A stretch of DNA of 64,000 bases from an uncultured delta proteobacterium (GTDB lineage: Bacteria > Desulfobacterota > Binatia > HRBIN30 > BPIQ01). Positions 10,932 to 25,218 of the stretch are shown in pieces (position 1 is the stretch's first letter; the number at the start of each line of letters is the position of its first letter). The position numbers and the translations under genes are program-made. Location of the stretch: the NCBI GenBank assembly GCA_963761335.1, contig CAVXGR010000013.1, positions 325,059-389,058 on the forward strand, written 5' to 3'. The notes under the pieces are model-generated. The model was given only the letters and a program-made list of their open reading frames with translations, was not told the origin of the DNA and searched no databases.

Positions 10932-13748
10932 TCAGCGGTCGCGCCGCCCACCGGCCGCCTCGGCGAGCTCGCCTTTCACCGTGACCGCGCGGCCACCGGT
11001 GGCGATGCGGGCCAAGGCGCGATTGACCAGCTCGGCCTCCTCCTTCTGGTGCACCTTGGCGATACCGGTCGCCGGGCTCGCCGCCTCGTCGCGGCCGACA
11101 TAGCTGAGAGAGTGTGTCTCCGGCAAGAGCGGTCGCAGGCGCAGGCTCATGAACTGCCAGGCGCCCGCGTTCCACGGCTCTTCCTGCACCCAACGCACGT
11201 CGCGCACCGCCGCGTACTGGGACAGCAGCGCCACAATCTCGCGCTCGGGAAAGGGATAGAGCTGCTCGACGCGAATGAGGGCGATCTCGTCGATCTCCCG
11301 CTCCCGCCGCGCCTCCAGCAGGGTGTAGTAGACCTTGCCGCTGCAGAGGAGGAGCCGGCGCACCTTGGCGCGGTCCAGACCCTCGGTCTCGTCGATCACC
11401 GTCTCGAAGGTGCCGTGGGTCAGAGCCTCCGGGGCCGAGGTCGCAAGTCGATGGCGGAGCAGGCTCTTCGGAGTCATCACGATCAACGGCTTGCGGAAGT
11501 TGCGATGCATCTGACGCCGCAGGGCGTGGAAGAACTGCGCCGGTGTGGTCAGATTGCAGACCTGGACGTTGTTCTCGGCACACAGCTGTAGAAAGCGCTC
11601 CAGGCGCGCGCTCGAGTGCTCGGGCCCCTGACCCTCGTAGCCGTGCGGCAGCAGGAGAACGATGCCGTTCATCCGTTGCCACTTCGACTCGGCGCTGACG
11701 ATGAACTGGTCGATGAACACCTGCGCGACATTGGCGAAGTCGCCGAACTGCGCCTCCCAGGTGACCAGGCGGTGTGGATCCGCGGAGCTCATGCCGTACT
11801 CGAAGCCGAGCACTGCCCCTTCCGAGAGCGGGCTGTCGACGATCTCGACCTCGGCCTGATCGCCGGCGATGTGATTGAGCGGCACGTACGCCGCTCCGGA
11901 CTCGATGTCGCGCCAGACGGCATGGCGGTGGCTGAAGGTTCCGCGGCCGCTGTCCTGGCCGCTCAGCCGCACGGGCGTTCCCTCCAGCAGCAGAGTGCCG
12001 AAGGCGAGCGCTTCGGCGCATCCCCAGTCCATGGCCCCTCCCGGCTCCAGCATGCGGGCGCGCGCCTCCATCAGACGCTGTAGCTTGGGGTGAATGTGGA
12101 ATCCTTCCGGAACCGCGGTGAAGACGCGCCTCACTCTCTCGACCACCTCGCGAGGGACGGCGGTGTCCGCGCTCCAGTCCTCGCCTGCCCAGGTCAGTCC
12201 CTTCCAGACGCCGCCCAGGGCAAAGACCTGCTGGCGCGGCATGAAGTCGCGGCTGTACTCCAGGGCGGCGTCGAGGACCTCGCGCAGGTCGGCGGCGATC
12301 CGCTCCGGAAGCTCCGGCGGTACCTCCCCGGAGTCGACCAGGCGCTTCTCGTACTGCTGGCGCACCGTCGGGTGGTTAGCCACCTTCTTGTACATCTCCG
12401 GCTGCGTGAAGGTGGGATCGTCGAGCTCGTTGTGGCCGTGACGCCGGTAGCAGACCAGATCGATGATCACGTCCTTCTTGAACGCCTGGCGGAAGCCCAC
12501 GGCCAGGCGGGCGGCGTGCACCACCGCTTCGGGATCGTCGCCGTTCACGTGGAACACGGGAACGCGAATCATCTTCGCGGTGTCGCTGGCATAGGGGGTG
12601 AAGCGATAGCTCCCCGGCGAGGTGGTGAAGCCGATTTGGTTGTTGAGGATGACGTGGATCGTGCCGCCGGTGCGGTAGGCCGGCAGCTCCGACAGCGCCA
12701 GGGTCTCGGGCACGATGCCCTCGCCGCTGAAAGCGGCGTCCCCGTGGATCAGCACAGGCACCACCCGCCGCCGCTCGTCGTCGCCGATGATCTCCTGCTT
12801 GGCGCGCACCATCCCCTCGATGACCGGGTTGATCATCTCCAGGTGGCTCGGGTTCGAGCTCAGGGAGAGATGCAGGCGATGACCGCGGCGCGTGGTGTGA
12901 TCGCTTGAGAAGCCGAGGTGGTATTTGACGTCGCCGTCGCCCATGATGTCGCGCGGCAGCGAGGCCCCCTCGAACTCCCCGAGCAGCATCTCCAGCGGCT
13001 TGGCCAGGATGTTCGCCAGCACGTTCAGGCGGCCGCGGTGGGCCATGCCCATCACCATCTCCTGCGCTCCGCTGTCGCCGAGCGACTCGACCATGGCATC
13101 GAGGAGAGGGATCAACGAGTCGCCCCCCTCCAGCGAGAAGCGCTTCTGGGTGGGGTACTTGGCGTGCAGGAAGCGCTCGAAGTCCTCGGCGGCGATGAGC
13201 TTGGCGAGAATCGCCTGCCGATCCTCGACGCTGAGCTCGGGCCGATTGGCGGAGCGCTCCATGTGCTCCTGGAGCCAGTCGCGCTGCTCCTTCTCCGCGA
13301 TGTCGGCGTACTCGACGCCGATCGTCCCGCAGTACGTCTCCCGCAGCGAGCGCACCAGCTCGCGCAGCGTGGCGACGTTGCAGCCCTTGAAGTTGCCGCA
13401 TTGGACCACACGATCGAGGTCGGCGTCGGTGAAGCCGAACTCGGTCAGCGACAGCAGCGGGTGCTCCCTCGGGCTGCCGCCGAGTGGATCGAGGTCGGCA
13501 ATCAGGTGGCCGAGCTCGCGATAGCTGTGCACCAGGTCGAAGACGCCGATGACCGGTGAGCCGCCGTGCGCCCGGTACTCGGGCGCGACGTGGAGAATGG
13601 CCCCCGTCTCGCGCCCCGCGTGCCCGTCGAGCTGCGAGAAGAGCTCGACCCACTGTGGGTCCACCGCCGACCGATCGCTCAGGTAGCGCCGGTAGACGTC
13701 CTCCAGGTAGCCGGCATTCTCCGGCGACAGATCTTCCGGATTCTTCAT
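10932..13748 (-). CDS. sucA: 2-oxoglutarate dehydrogenase E1
   Basis: KRFSLEG, GMAHRGRLN, GDVKYHLG, NPSHLE, HGDAAF, WEAQFGDFAN, LLLPHGYEGQGPEHSSARLER; ATG 13748 follows the stop of the upstream gene. Confidence 0.97.
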   Translation of the reverse strand: MKNPEDLSPENAGYLEDVYRRYLSDRSAVDPQWVELFSQLDGHAGRETGAILHVAPEYRAHGGSPVIGVFDLVHSYRELGHLIADLDPLGGSPREHPLLSLTEFGFTDADLDRVVQCGNFKGCNVATLRELVRSLRETYCGTIGVEYADIAEKEQRDWLQEHMERSANRPELSVEDRQAILAKLIAAEDFERFLHAKYPTQKRFSLEGGDSLIPLLDAMVESLGDSGAQEMVMGMAHRGRLNVLANILAKPLEMLLGEFEGASLPRDIMGDGDVKYHLGFSSDHTTRRGHRLHLSLSSNPSHLEMINPVIEGMVRAKQEIIGDDERRRVVPVLIHGDAAFSGEGIVPETLALSELPAYRTGGTIHVILNNQIGFTTSPGSYRFTPYASDTAKMIRVPVFHVNGDDPEAVVHAARLAVGFRQAFKKDVIIDLVCYRRHGHNELDDPTFTQPEMYKKVANHPTVRQQYEKRLVDSGEVPPELPERIAADLREVLDAALEYSRDFMPRQQVFALGGVWKGLTWAGEDWSADTAVPREVVERVRRVFTAVPEGFHIHPKLQRLMEARARMLEPGGAMDWGCAEALAFGTLLLEGTPVRLSGQDSGRGTFSHRHAVWRDIESGAAYVPLNHIAGDQAEVEIVDSPLSEGAVLGFEYGMSSADPHRLVTWEAQFGDFANVAQVFIDQFIVSAESKWQRMNGIVLLLPHGYEGQGPEHSSARLERFLQLCAENNVQVCNLTTPAQFFHALRRQMHRNFRKPLIVMTPKSLLRHRLATSAPEALTHGTFETVIDETEGLDRAKVRRLLLCSGKVYYTLLEARREREIDEIALIRVEQLYPFPEREIVALLSQYAAVRDVRWVQEEPWNAGAWQFMSLRLRPLLPETHSLSYVGRDEAASPATGIAKVHQKEEAELVNRALARIATGGRAVTVKGELAEAAGGRRDR

Positions 13749-13771
13749 CACACTGACTCCGTTCTCCGAAC

Positions 13772-14050
13772 CTAGCTCTCCGTCTCGCGTTCCGCGAGAC
13801 GCTCGAGCAGGCGGAGGATGACGTCGACCCCGGCGAGGTTCACGCCGATCTGCTCGAAGGAGCGGATGCGGCGCACGTGCACCACGGCGGTGTGCGCGTA
13901 CAGGCGTTCGCTGCGCCGGCCGCGGCTGATCACTCGGCTCGCCACCAGCAGGCCTTCCTCCTCGTAGCGCTGCACCTTGCGCACCGAGCAACCGGCGAGC
14001 TTGGCGAGCGCCTCCATGGTCAGCAACTCCAGCTGCGCGTCCGACTTCAT
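13772..14050 (-). CDS. MerR-type HTH chaperone modulator (CbpM/HspR-like)
   Basis: LAKLAGCS...YEEEGLL...VRRIRSF..GVNLAGVDVILRL; ATGA overlap with the DnaJ-class gene. Confidence 0.85.
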   Translation of the reverse strand: MKSDAQLELLTMEALAKLAGCSVRKVQRYEEEGLLVASRVISRGRRSERLYAHTAVVHVRRIRSFEQIGVNLAGVDVILRLLERLAERETES

Positions 14051-15111
14051 GAGGCCTCCCGGAAGAGCGACTCGCGCGGATCGGGCTGGTGGCCGGCAAC
14101 GCGGTCCCTGAGCTTGCCGAGCAGCTCCTTCTCCTCGTCGTCGAGCGACGAGGGAACGACGATCTTCACCGTGTACAGCAGGTCGCCCACCGACTTGCCG
14201 CGCCCTCCGGGCAGTCCCTTGCCGCGCAGGCGAAGCGTCTGGCCGCTCTGCGTCCCCGCGGGAATGCGCAGCCGCACTCGTCCATCCAGCGTCGGAACCT
14301 CGACCTGGCCGCCGAGAGCGGCCTCGAAATCCCACACCGGCAGCTCGCAGAGAAGGTCCCGCTCGCTGACGCGAAACACCGGATGCGGCAGGAGGCGAAC
14401 GCGCACGTAGAGATCCCCGGCGCCACCGTTCGTCCCCTTCCCCCCCTGCCCCGCCAGCCGCAGGCGGGTGCCGTCGGTTACTCCGGCGGGGATGCGGACG
14501 TTGACGCTGCGCCGCCCGGGGATAATGCCGCTGCCGTGGCACTGCGGGCACGGATGCGCGTTGTAGGTCACCCGTACCTGGCCCTCCCGCCGCGCCTCGT
14601 TGGCGACCATGCCGCGGCCGCCGCACTGGGTGCAGGTGTCTTCGACTTGCAGCTCGAGATGACGGCTGCCCCCATGTGCCGCCTCGCGCAGCGTCACCGG
14701 CACCTCGACCTCGAGATCGAGGCCGCGCGCCGGCGCCTCACCTCCGAAGAACACGTCCCAGCCGCCGCCGCGAGCGGCGCGGGCTCCACCGCGGCCGCCA
14801 AAGAAGGTCGAGAAGAAGTCGCTGAAGTCCGCCGATGCCGGTCCCTCGGAGGCGTAGCGGCGCCGCACCTCCTCATCGCGCTCGATGCGCTCCCAGTCGG
14901 CGCCCAGAGAGTCATACTTCTTGCGTTTCTCCGGATTCGAGAGAACTTCGTAGGCCTCGTTGATCTCCTTGAACTTCGCCTCGGCGCCGGCGTCGCCCGG
15001 ATTGACATCCGGGTGAAATTTGCGCGCCAGCTTTCGAAAGGCGTCGCGAATCTGCTTCTGATCGGCCTCGCGCGGCACGTTCAGCGTGGCGTAGTAGTCT
15101 CGGTACTCCAT
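14047..15111 (-). CDS. DnaJ-class co-chaperone, CbpA-like
   Basis: YRDYYATL J-domain with HPD, DFSDFFSTFFGG, DnaJ_C domain, two CxxCxGxG motifs. Confidence 0.93.
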   Translation of the reverse strand: MEYRDYYATLNVPREADQKQIRDAFRKLARKFHPDVNPGDAGAEAKFKEINEAYEVLSNPEKRKKYDSLGADWERIERDEEVRRRYASEGPASADFSDFFSTFFGGRGGARAARGGGWDVFFGGEAPARGLDLEVEVPVTLREAAHGGSRHLELQVEDTCTQCGGRGMVANEARREGQVRVTYNAHPCPQCHGSGIIPGRRSVNVRIPAGVTDGTRLRLAGQGGKGTNGGAGDLYVRVRLLPHPVFRVSERDLLCELPVWDFEAALGGQVEVPTLDGRVRLRIPAGTQSGQTLRLRGKGLPGGRGKSVGDLLYTVKIVVPSSLDDEEKELLGKLRDRVAGHQPDPRESLFREAS

Positions 15112-15388
15112 GAAATTCAGCGTTGACGATAGCGAGTCGGCCGAGTGGCGGCAATTCCGCTAGCAGACTGAGGCCCCGGCGGCAGCCTCGGCGAGTGTTC
15201 CCAGGCCAGATATCTACCCCATCGCCGGATATGCCGGCTGGCTACAGAATTCTATTGCAATCCGCACCCGCTTCGAGCTATTCCCCCCGCGGGCCACCTG
15301 CGCGAAGTCTCGTTACGCGCCTGTGAACGCCCGTGCTGGCATCCATTGTAACCTATCTGTTTTGTTGACAATTTGCGTTAGTCACACC

Positions 15389-15397
15389 TGTGGATAA
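15389..15397 (-). promoter_or_regulatory. Perfect DnaA box at the dnaA start (probable autoregulation)
   Basis: TGTGGATAA is the reverse complement of TTATCCACA; weaker boxes at 15401-15409 and 15410-15418. Confidence 0.8.
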
Positions 15398-16754
15398 ACC
15401 TGTGGGGGATTTTCCACTTGAGAATCTGTGGGAACGCGTGCGTGCGGAGCTCCGCGAACGGGTCCCGGAGTCGGACTACTTGCAACTTCTCGCGCCTTTG
15501 AACGCCAGTGTGCGCGGCGACTCCCTGATCCTCGAGGCGCCGAGCTGGCTCGCCATCGACACCATCGCCCATCGCTATCTCCCGGCGATCAATGAGGCGG
15601 TGGCACGCGCTGCTGGAAGGGAGGTCGCGGTGCGCTTGCAGCCGCCGCGCCTGCAACAACAAGAGCTCTTTCCCCCGGCGGCTCAGCCGAGCCGCACCCT
15701 TCGCCTGCGCCCGCGCGAGAGTCTTCGCGCCGACGGCCTACTGCCCAAGTACACCTTCGACCAATTCATTGTCGGTGCCAGCAATCAGTTTGCCCATGCG
15801 GCGTGCAAGGCCGTCGCCAACCAGCCGGGGGAGCGCTACAACCCGCTTTTCATCTATGGCGGCGTCGGTCTCGGAAAGACCCACCTGGTGAACGCCATCG
15901 GCCATCAGATTCTCGGCGACAACCCGGATACGCGAATCGCCTACCTCTCCGCCGAGTCGTTCATGAACGAGCTCATCGGCGCCCTGCGCCGCGATCGCAT
16001 GGACGAGTTCAAGAACCGCTTCCGGCGAGTCGACGTGCTCATCCTCGACGACGTGCAGTTTCTCGCCGGACGCGAGCGCACCCAGGAGGAGTTCTTCCAC
16101 ACCTTCAACACCCTGCACGAGAGCCACCGCCAGATCGTCCTCACCTCGGACAAGTTCCCCAAAGAGATCTCCGGTCTCGAGGAGCGACTGCGAAACCGCT
16201 TCGAGTGGGGCTTGATCGCCGACATCCAATCGCCCGACCTGGAAACGCGGGTCGCCATTCTCGAGAAGAAGGCAGAGGTCGAGCACATCGATCTGCCGCA
16301 CGATGTGGCCCTCTTCCTGGCACACCAGGTGGACACCAACGTCCGCGAGCTCGAGGGCTCGCTCACCCGCCTCGGCGCCTTCGCCTCACTGAATCGGCAG
16401 CCGATCACCGTCGATTTCGCCCGCGATGTGCTCAGCACCGTGCTGCGCGAGCGGCCGCCGGACATCACCATCGAGAAGATCCAGGAGACCGTCTGCAACT
16501 TCTTCGACCTGCGGCCGACCGAGATGCGCTCAAAGAAACGGACGAAGAACATCGCCTTGCCGCGCCAGCTGGCGATGTACTTCTGCCGCCGCCTCACACA
16601 GGCATCCTACCCGGTGATCGGCGAGCGCTTCGGCGGACGCGATCACTCGACGGTGATCCACGCCACCAACACGATCGAGCAGAGGCTCACGCAGGACGCA
16701 GGCTTTCGCGATACCGTGGCGCGCATCGAGAGACTCTTGCGGGCCGGGGGATGA
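15390..16754 (+). CDS. dnaA: Chromosomal replication initiator DnaA
   Basis: YTFDQFIVGASN, YNPLFIYGGVGLGKTHL, LILDDVQF, QEEFFHTFN, domain IV GGRDHSTVIHA; start codon ambiguous. Confidence 0.98.
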   Translation: MDKPVGDFPLENLWERVRAELRERVPESDYLQLLAPLNASVRGDSLILEAPSWLAIDTIAHRYLPAINEAVARAAGREVAVRLQPPRLQQQELFPPAAQPSRTLRLRPRESLRADGLLPKYTFDQFIVGASNQFAHAACKAVANQPGERYNPLFIYGGVGLGKTHLVNAIGHQILGDNPDTRIAYLSAESFMNELIGALRRDRMDEFKNRFRRVDVLILDDVQFLAGRERTQEEFFHTFNTLHESHRQIVLTSDKFPKEISGLEERLRNRFEWGLIADIQSPDLETRVAILEKKAEVEHIDLPHDVALFLAHQVDTNVRELEGSLTRLGAFASLNRQPITVDFARDVLSTVLRERPPDITIEKIQETVCNFFDLRPTEMRSKKRTKNIALPRQLAMYFCRRLTQASYPVIGERFGGRDHSTVIHATNTIEQRLTQDAGFRDTVARIERLLRAGG

Positions 16755-16978
16755 GAGGCCAGGTGTGGAGCGCCTGTGGATGAGAGGGGAACAGATGCGC
16801 TCAGACCGGCGGCGATGCTCCCAAGGTGCACCGCTCCACATCGCCGGCCGATCACGCAAGTCGCGGAGGTCGCATCTGTTTTCAGACGCTCTCCACTTGT
16901 CCACAGGACTTACTATTACTTGTTTTCTTTAATGAATTAAAAGAAAAGAAGAAGGGCAACCAGCGGGGTGGATAATTC
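16755..16978. other. Chromosomal replication origin oriC
   Basis: Between dnaA and dnaN; boxes TGTGGATGA 16775-16783, TTGTCCACA 16897-16905, GGTGGATAA 16967-16975; trio run TTA CTA TTA CTT 16910-16921; AT-rich tract to about 16954; gene polarity switches near here. Confidence 0.88.
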
Positions 16979-18094
16979 ATGGAGTTCACGATCTCACGGG
17001 ATGAATGGCAAGGAGCGCTGTATCTCATGCAGGGAGTGGTCGAGCGCCGGACGACGGTGCCTGTGCTGGCCAACGTGCTGCTCACGTCGGAAGGCGACGG
17101 CGTTGTGGTCGCCGCCACCGACCAGCAGATCGGTGTGCGCCGGCACTGCACTGCTCGGGTGAAGCGCAAGGGCAGCGCCACCGCCAACGGCCGGATCCTC
17201 TACGAGATCGGACGCGAGCTGCCCGAAGGAGACATCTCCGTGCGAGCTCTGGAGAACAACTGGGTGGAGATCTCGGCCGGGAAGTCGCACTTCAAGGTCG
17301 TCGGTCTGGACCCCCAGGAGTTCCCTGCGATGCCGAAGATGCCGCGCGACGCCGACAAGCAAATGCTGACACTGCCGACGGTGACGCTGGCGGAGATGAT
17401 CAATCGCACCCTGTTCTCGGTATCGACCGACGAGACGCGGGTGAATCTCAGCGGCATCTATCTCGAGACTTTGGAGAATGGCGAGGTGCGCGCCGTGGCC
17501 ACCGACGGCCACCGACTGGCACTGATCACCCGCAAGGTGGCGGGAGCGACGCCGTCCCCGGGGGTGATCCTGCCGCGCAAGGGAGTGGTGGAGCTCAAGC
17601 GTCTGCTCGAGAGCGGCGAAGACGAGAGCATCAGCCTCGGGCGGAAGGGCACGGTGGTGCACGCTGCCCGCGGCGACGTCGAGCTCACCATGCGTCTCAT
17701 CGAGGGAGACTTCCCCGACTACAAGCAGGTCATGCCCAGTAATGCCAACCGCAAGCTGGTTGCCGATCTCGGGGAGCTGCAGGCGGCGCTGCGGCGCGTG
17801 TCTCTGGTTTCGAGCGAGATGTCACACGGCGTCCGCCTGTCGGCCGAGAGCGGCAAGCTGAAGCTCTCTTCGATGAACCCCGATCGTGGCGAGGCCGAGG
17901 AGGAGATCGAGGCCGAGTTCAGTGGCAAGGCGGTCGTGGTGGGCTTCAACGCCCGGTATCTGTTGGAGGTTCTGGCCGTCATGAAGCCCGGCTCGAGGGT
18001 CGAGATCGCGCTCGGTGACGAGCTCAGTCCGGGGCTCATCCAGGCGGATGACGACCCCGATTACAGCTACGTCGTCATGCCCATGCGCCTGTGA
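16979..18094 (+). CDS. dnaN: DNA polymerase III beta sliding clamp
   Basis: PVLANVLL, VATDGHRLA, RLIEGDFPDY, GFNARYL, C-terminal YVVMPMRL. Confidence 0.97.
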   Translation: MEFTISRDEWQGALYLMQGVVERRTTVPVLANVLLTSEGDGVVVAATDQQIGVRRHCTARVKRKGSATANGRILYEIGRELPEGDISVRALENNWVEISAGKSHFKVVGLDPQEFPAMPKMPRDADKQMLTLPTVTLAEMINRTLFSVSTDETRVNLSGIYLETLENGEVRAVATDGHRLALITRKVAGATPSPGVILPRKGVVELKRLLESGEDESISLGRKGTVVHAARGDVELTMRLIEGDFPDYKQVMPSNANRKLVADLGELQAALRRVSLVSSEMSHGVRLSAESGKLKLSSMNPDRGEAEEEIEAEFSGKAVVVGFNARYLLEVLAVMKPGSRVEIALGDELSPGLIQADDDPDYSYVVMPMRL

Positions 18095-18099
18095 TTTCC

Positions 18100-18122
18100 G
18101 AGCCCCTTAGGGGGTCTTTTTG
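18100..18122 (+). terminator. Possible intrinsic terminator after dnaN
   Basis: Imperfect GC stem (CCCC/GGGG) followed by a T run. Confidence 0.4.
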
Positions 18123-18164
18123 CAGCCCCCTTCCGGGGACCCAGAATTCGATTTATCCCCTTGA

Positions 18165-20699
<2,535 letters not shown>

Positions 20700-20726
20700 T
20701 CGCCCCCCGCCGTCGCAAAGGGATCC

Positions 20727-23209
<2,483 letters not shown>

Positions 23210-23213
<4 letters not shown>

Positions 23214-24916
23214 AGGCCTGGCTGCGGGCCGCCGGGCTCATTCTGATCCTACTCTCCGGCTGCGTCCGCCCCGTGGCGCCGCCCGCAGTGCCGTCACAGG
23301 AATACGTCGCCTACGGCCGCGACGTCATGGTGGCCACGGCGAACGCGGCCGCCAGCCGTGCCGGCGTCCACATGCTGCAGCGGGGCGGCAATGCCGTCGA
23401 CGCCTTCGCGGCCGCCTCCTTCGCGATCAGCGTCACGCGGCCGCAGTCGACCGGGATCGGTGGCGGCGGCTTCGCCGTCATCCACTTGAGTGACGGCCGC
23501 GGTGCCCCGCGCGATGTCGCCGTGGATTTTCGCGAGCGCGCCCCGGCGGGAGCGCGTCGCGACATGTTCCTCGACCCGAAGCTGCCGGAGCGGGCCAGCC
23601 TCTTCGGACCGTTGGCCATCGCCGTGCCCGGTACCGTCGCCGGTGTTCTCGAGATTCACCAGCGCTACGGGCGGCTGCCGCGCGCCGAGGTCATGGCTCC
23701 GGCGATCGAGCTTGCCGAGAACGGCTTTCCGGTATACCCGGCGCTGGCCCGCGCCATCGCGGAAATGCAACCGGTGCTCCGCCGTTGGCCGCAGACGGCT
23801 CGCATCTTCCTTCCCGGCGGCGAGCCGCTGCAGGCGGGGGAGCTCTTGCGGCAGACGGATCTGGCGGCGACGCTGCGCGCCATCGCCGCGGACGGCAAGG
23901 CGGCCTTCTACCGCGGCCCGATTGCCGCCGCCATTGCCGGCACGGTGCAGCACCTCGGCGGCGTGCTGACGGTCTCCGACCTGGAGTCGTACCGCGTCAT
24001 CGACCGACCCACGGTACGCGGCAGCTACCGCGGCTTCGACATCATCGGCATGCCGCCGCCGAGCTCCGGCGGGGTGTTGATCCTGGAGATGACGAACATG
24101 CTCCAGGCGGTCGGACCGGGCGCCCTCGAGGGCACTCCAGCCGATCGCGCCCACCTCCTCGCCGAGATCATGCGGCGCGCCTACGAGGACCGCGCCGTCT
24201 ATCTGGGCGATCCCGATTTCGTCGAGGTACCGGTGGAGCGACTGATCTCACCCGCATGGGCCGCCGAGCGCATGCGCGACTTCGATCCGAAGCACGCCAC
24301 CGAGCGGTCCGGGAGAGCGCCCGCGGATCTCGACGTCACGCACACCACCCACATGTCCATCATCGACCGGAGCGGCAATGCCGTGGCCGCCACCGAGAGC
24401 GTCAACTTCGCCTTCGGCTCCGGAATCGTTGCCGACGGTACCGGGGTCATTCTGAACGACACCATGGACGACTTCGCCACCCGCCCGGGTGTCCCCAACG
24501 CCTACGGCCTGGTGGGGGCCGAGGCGAACGCCGTGGCGCCAGGAAAGACGCCGCTGTCGAGCATGTCGCCCACGATCCTGCTGCGCGACGGCAAACCCTT
24601 TCTCGTTGCCGGGAGCCCGGGTGGCTCGCTGATCATCACCGCCACCTGGCAGACGATCCTCAACGTCGTCGACCGCGGCATGTCCCTGCCCGAAGCGGTG
24701 GCGGCTCCACGCATCCACCACCAGGCGATTCCGAATCAGCTGAACTACGAGCCGGGCGCCCTCAGCGAGGAGATGAAGGCCGATCTCGAGGCCCGCGGGC
24801 ATCGCCTGCACGAGGTGCCCGAGATGGGCGATGTGCAGGCCGTCATGCGCCTGCCCTCGGGAGGACTGGTCGGGGTCTCGGACCCGCGCAACCAGGGGCG
24901 GCCGGCGGGATACTGA
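23210..24916 (+). CDS. ggt: Gamma-glutamyltransferase, lipoprotein
   Basis: LLSGC lipobox, GGNAVDA, DFRERAP, PPPSSGG, nucleophile [26 protein letters not shown] overlap with gyrA. Confidence 0.93.
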
Positions 24917-24939
24917 GACTGCGGCGCGGGACGCGCATC

Positions 24940-25125
24940 ATGAAGCTCGCTTACGCCGCGCGGCGACTGCGTTTGGAGGTATCAACCGCGGCCGCGCATC
25001 GTCACCGTGCCGACTTGGATTTGAAGGCGAGCTGCTTTCCCACCATCCACACCTTCTTCGACGCTCATCCCGAGCCCGCCAACTTCCAGAAAGTCCTCTT
25101 CTGGTCGGAGAAGACGGGGTGTTGA
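24940..25125 (+). CDS. Short hypothetical ORF or gene remnant (61 aa)
   Basis: ATG to TGA in an otherwise empty gap; second half (FPTIHTFFDAHPEPANFQKVLFW) has coding-like codon usage. Confidence 0.3.
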   Translation: MKLAYAARRLRLEVSTAAAHRHRADLDLKASCFPTIHTFFDAHPEPANFQKVLFWSEKTGC

Positions 25126-25218
25126 GGGGTTGAGGTGTTGGCTGTTGGGGAATCGAGTGGAAATAGTGATCAGCACGATGTTGTACTCTTCCGTCGGCGC
25201 CAGCTAGTCTGAGGGGCC

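Noticed and set aside
8577..11591. Long antisense or alternative-frame ORFs (this 1004-aa ORF, also 2526-4502, 19794-21896, 42415-44541, 62024-63886)
   Set aside because: Shadow ORFs opposite well-supported genes, expected from high GC3; no recognisable motifs
12541..12556. parS-like site CCGTTCACGTGGAACA near oriC
   Set aside because: The left arm has three mismatches and the sequence is dictated by the conserved sucA VFHVNG codons
13749..14099. Extended sucA N-terminus (1055 aa)
   Set aside because: Overlaps the MerR-type gene in another frame; composition is non-coding-like
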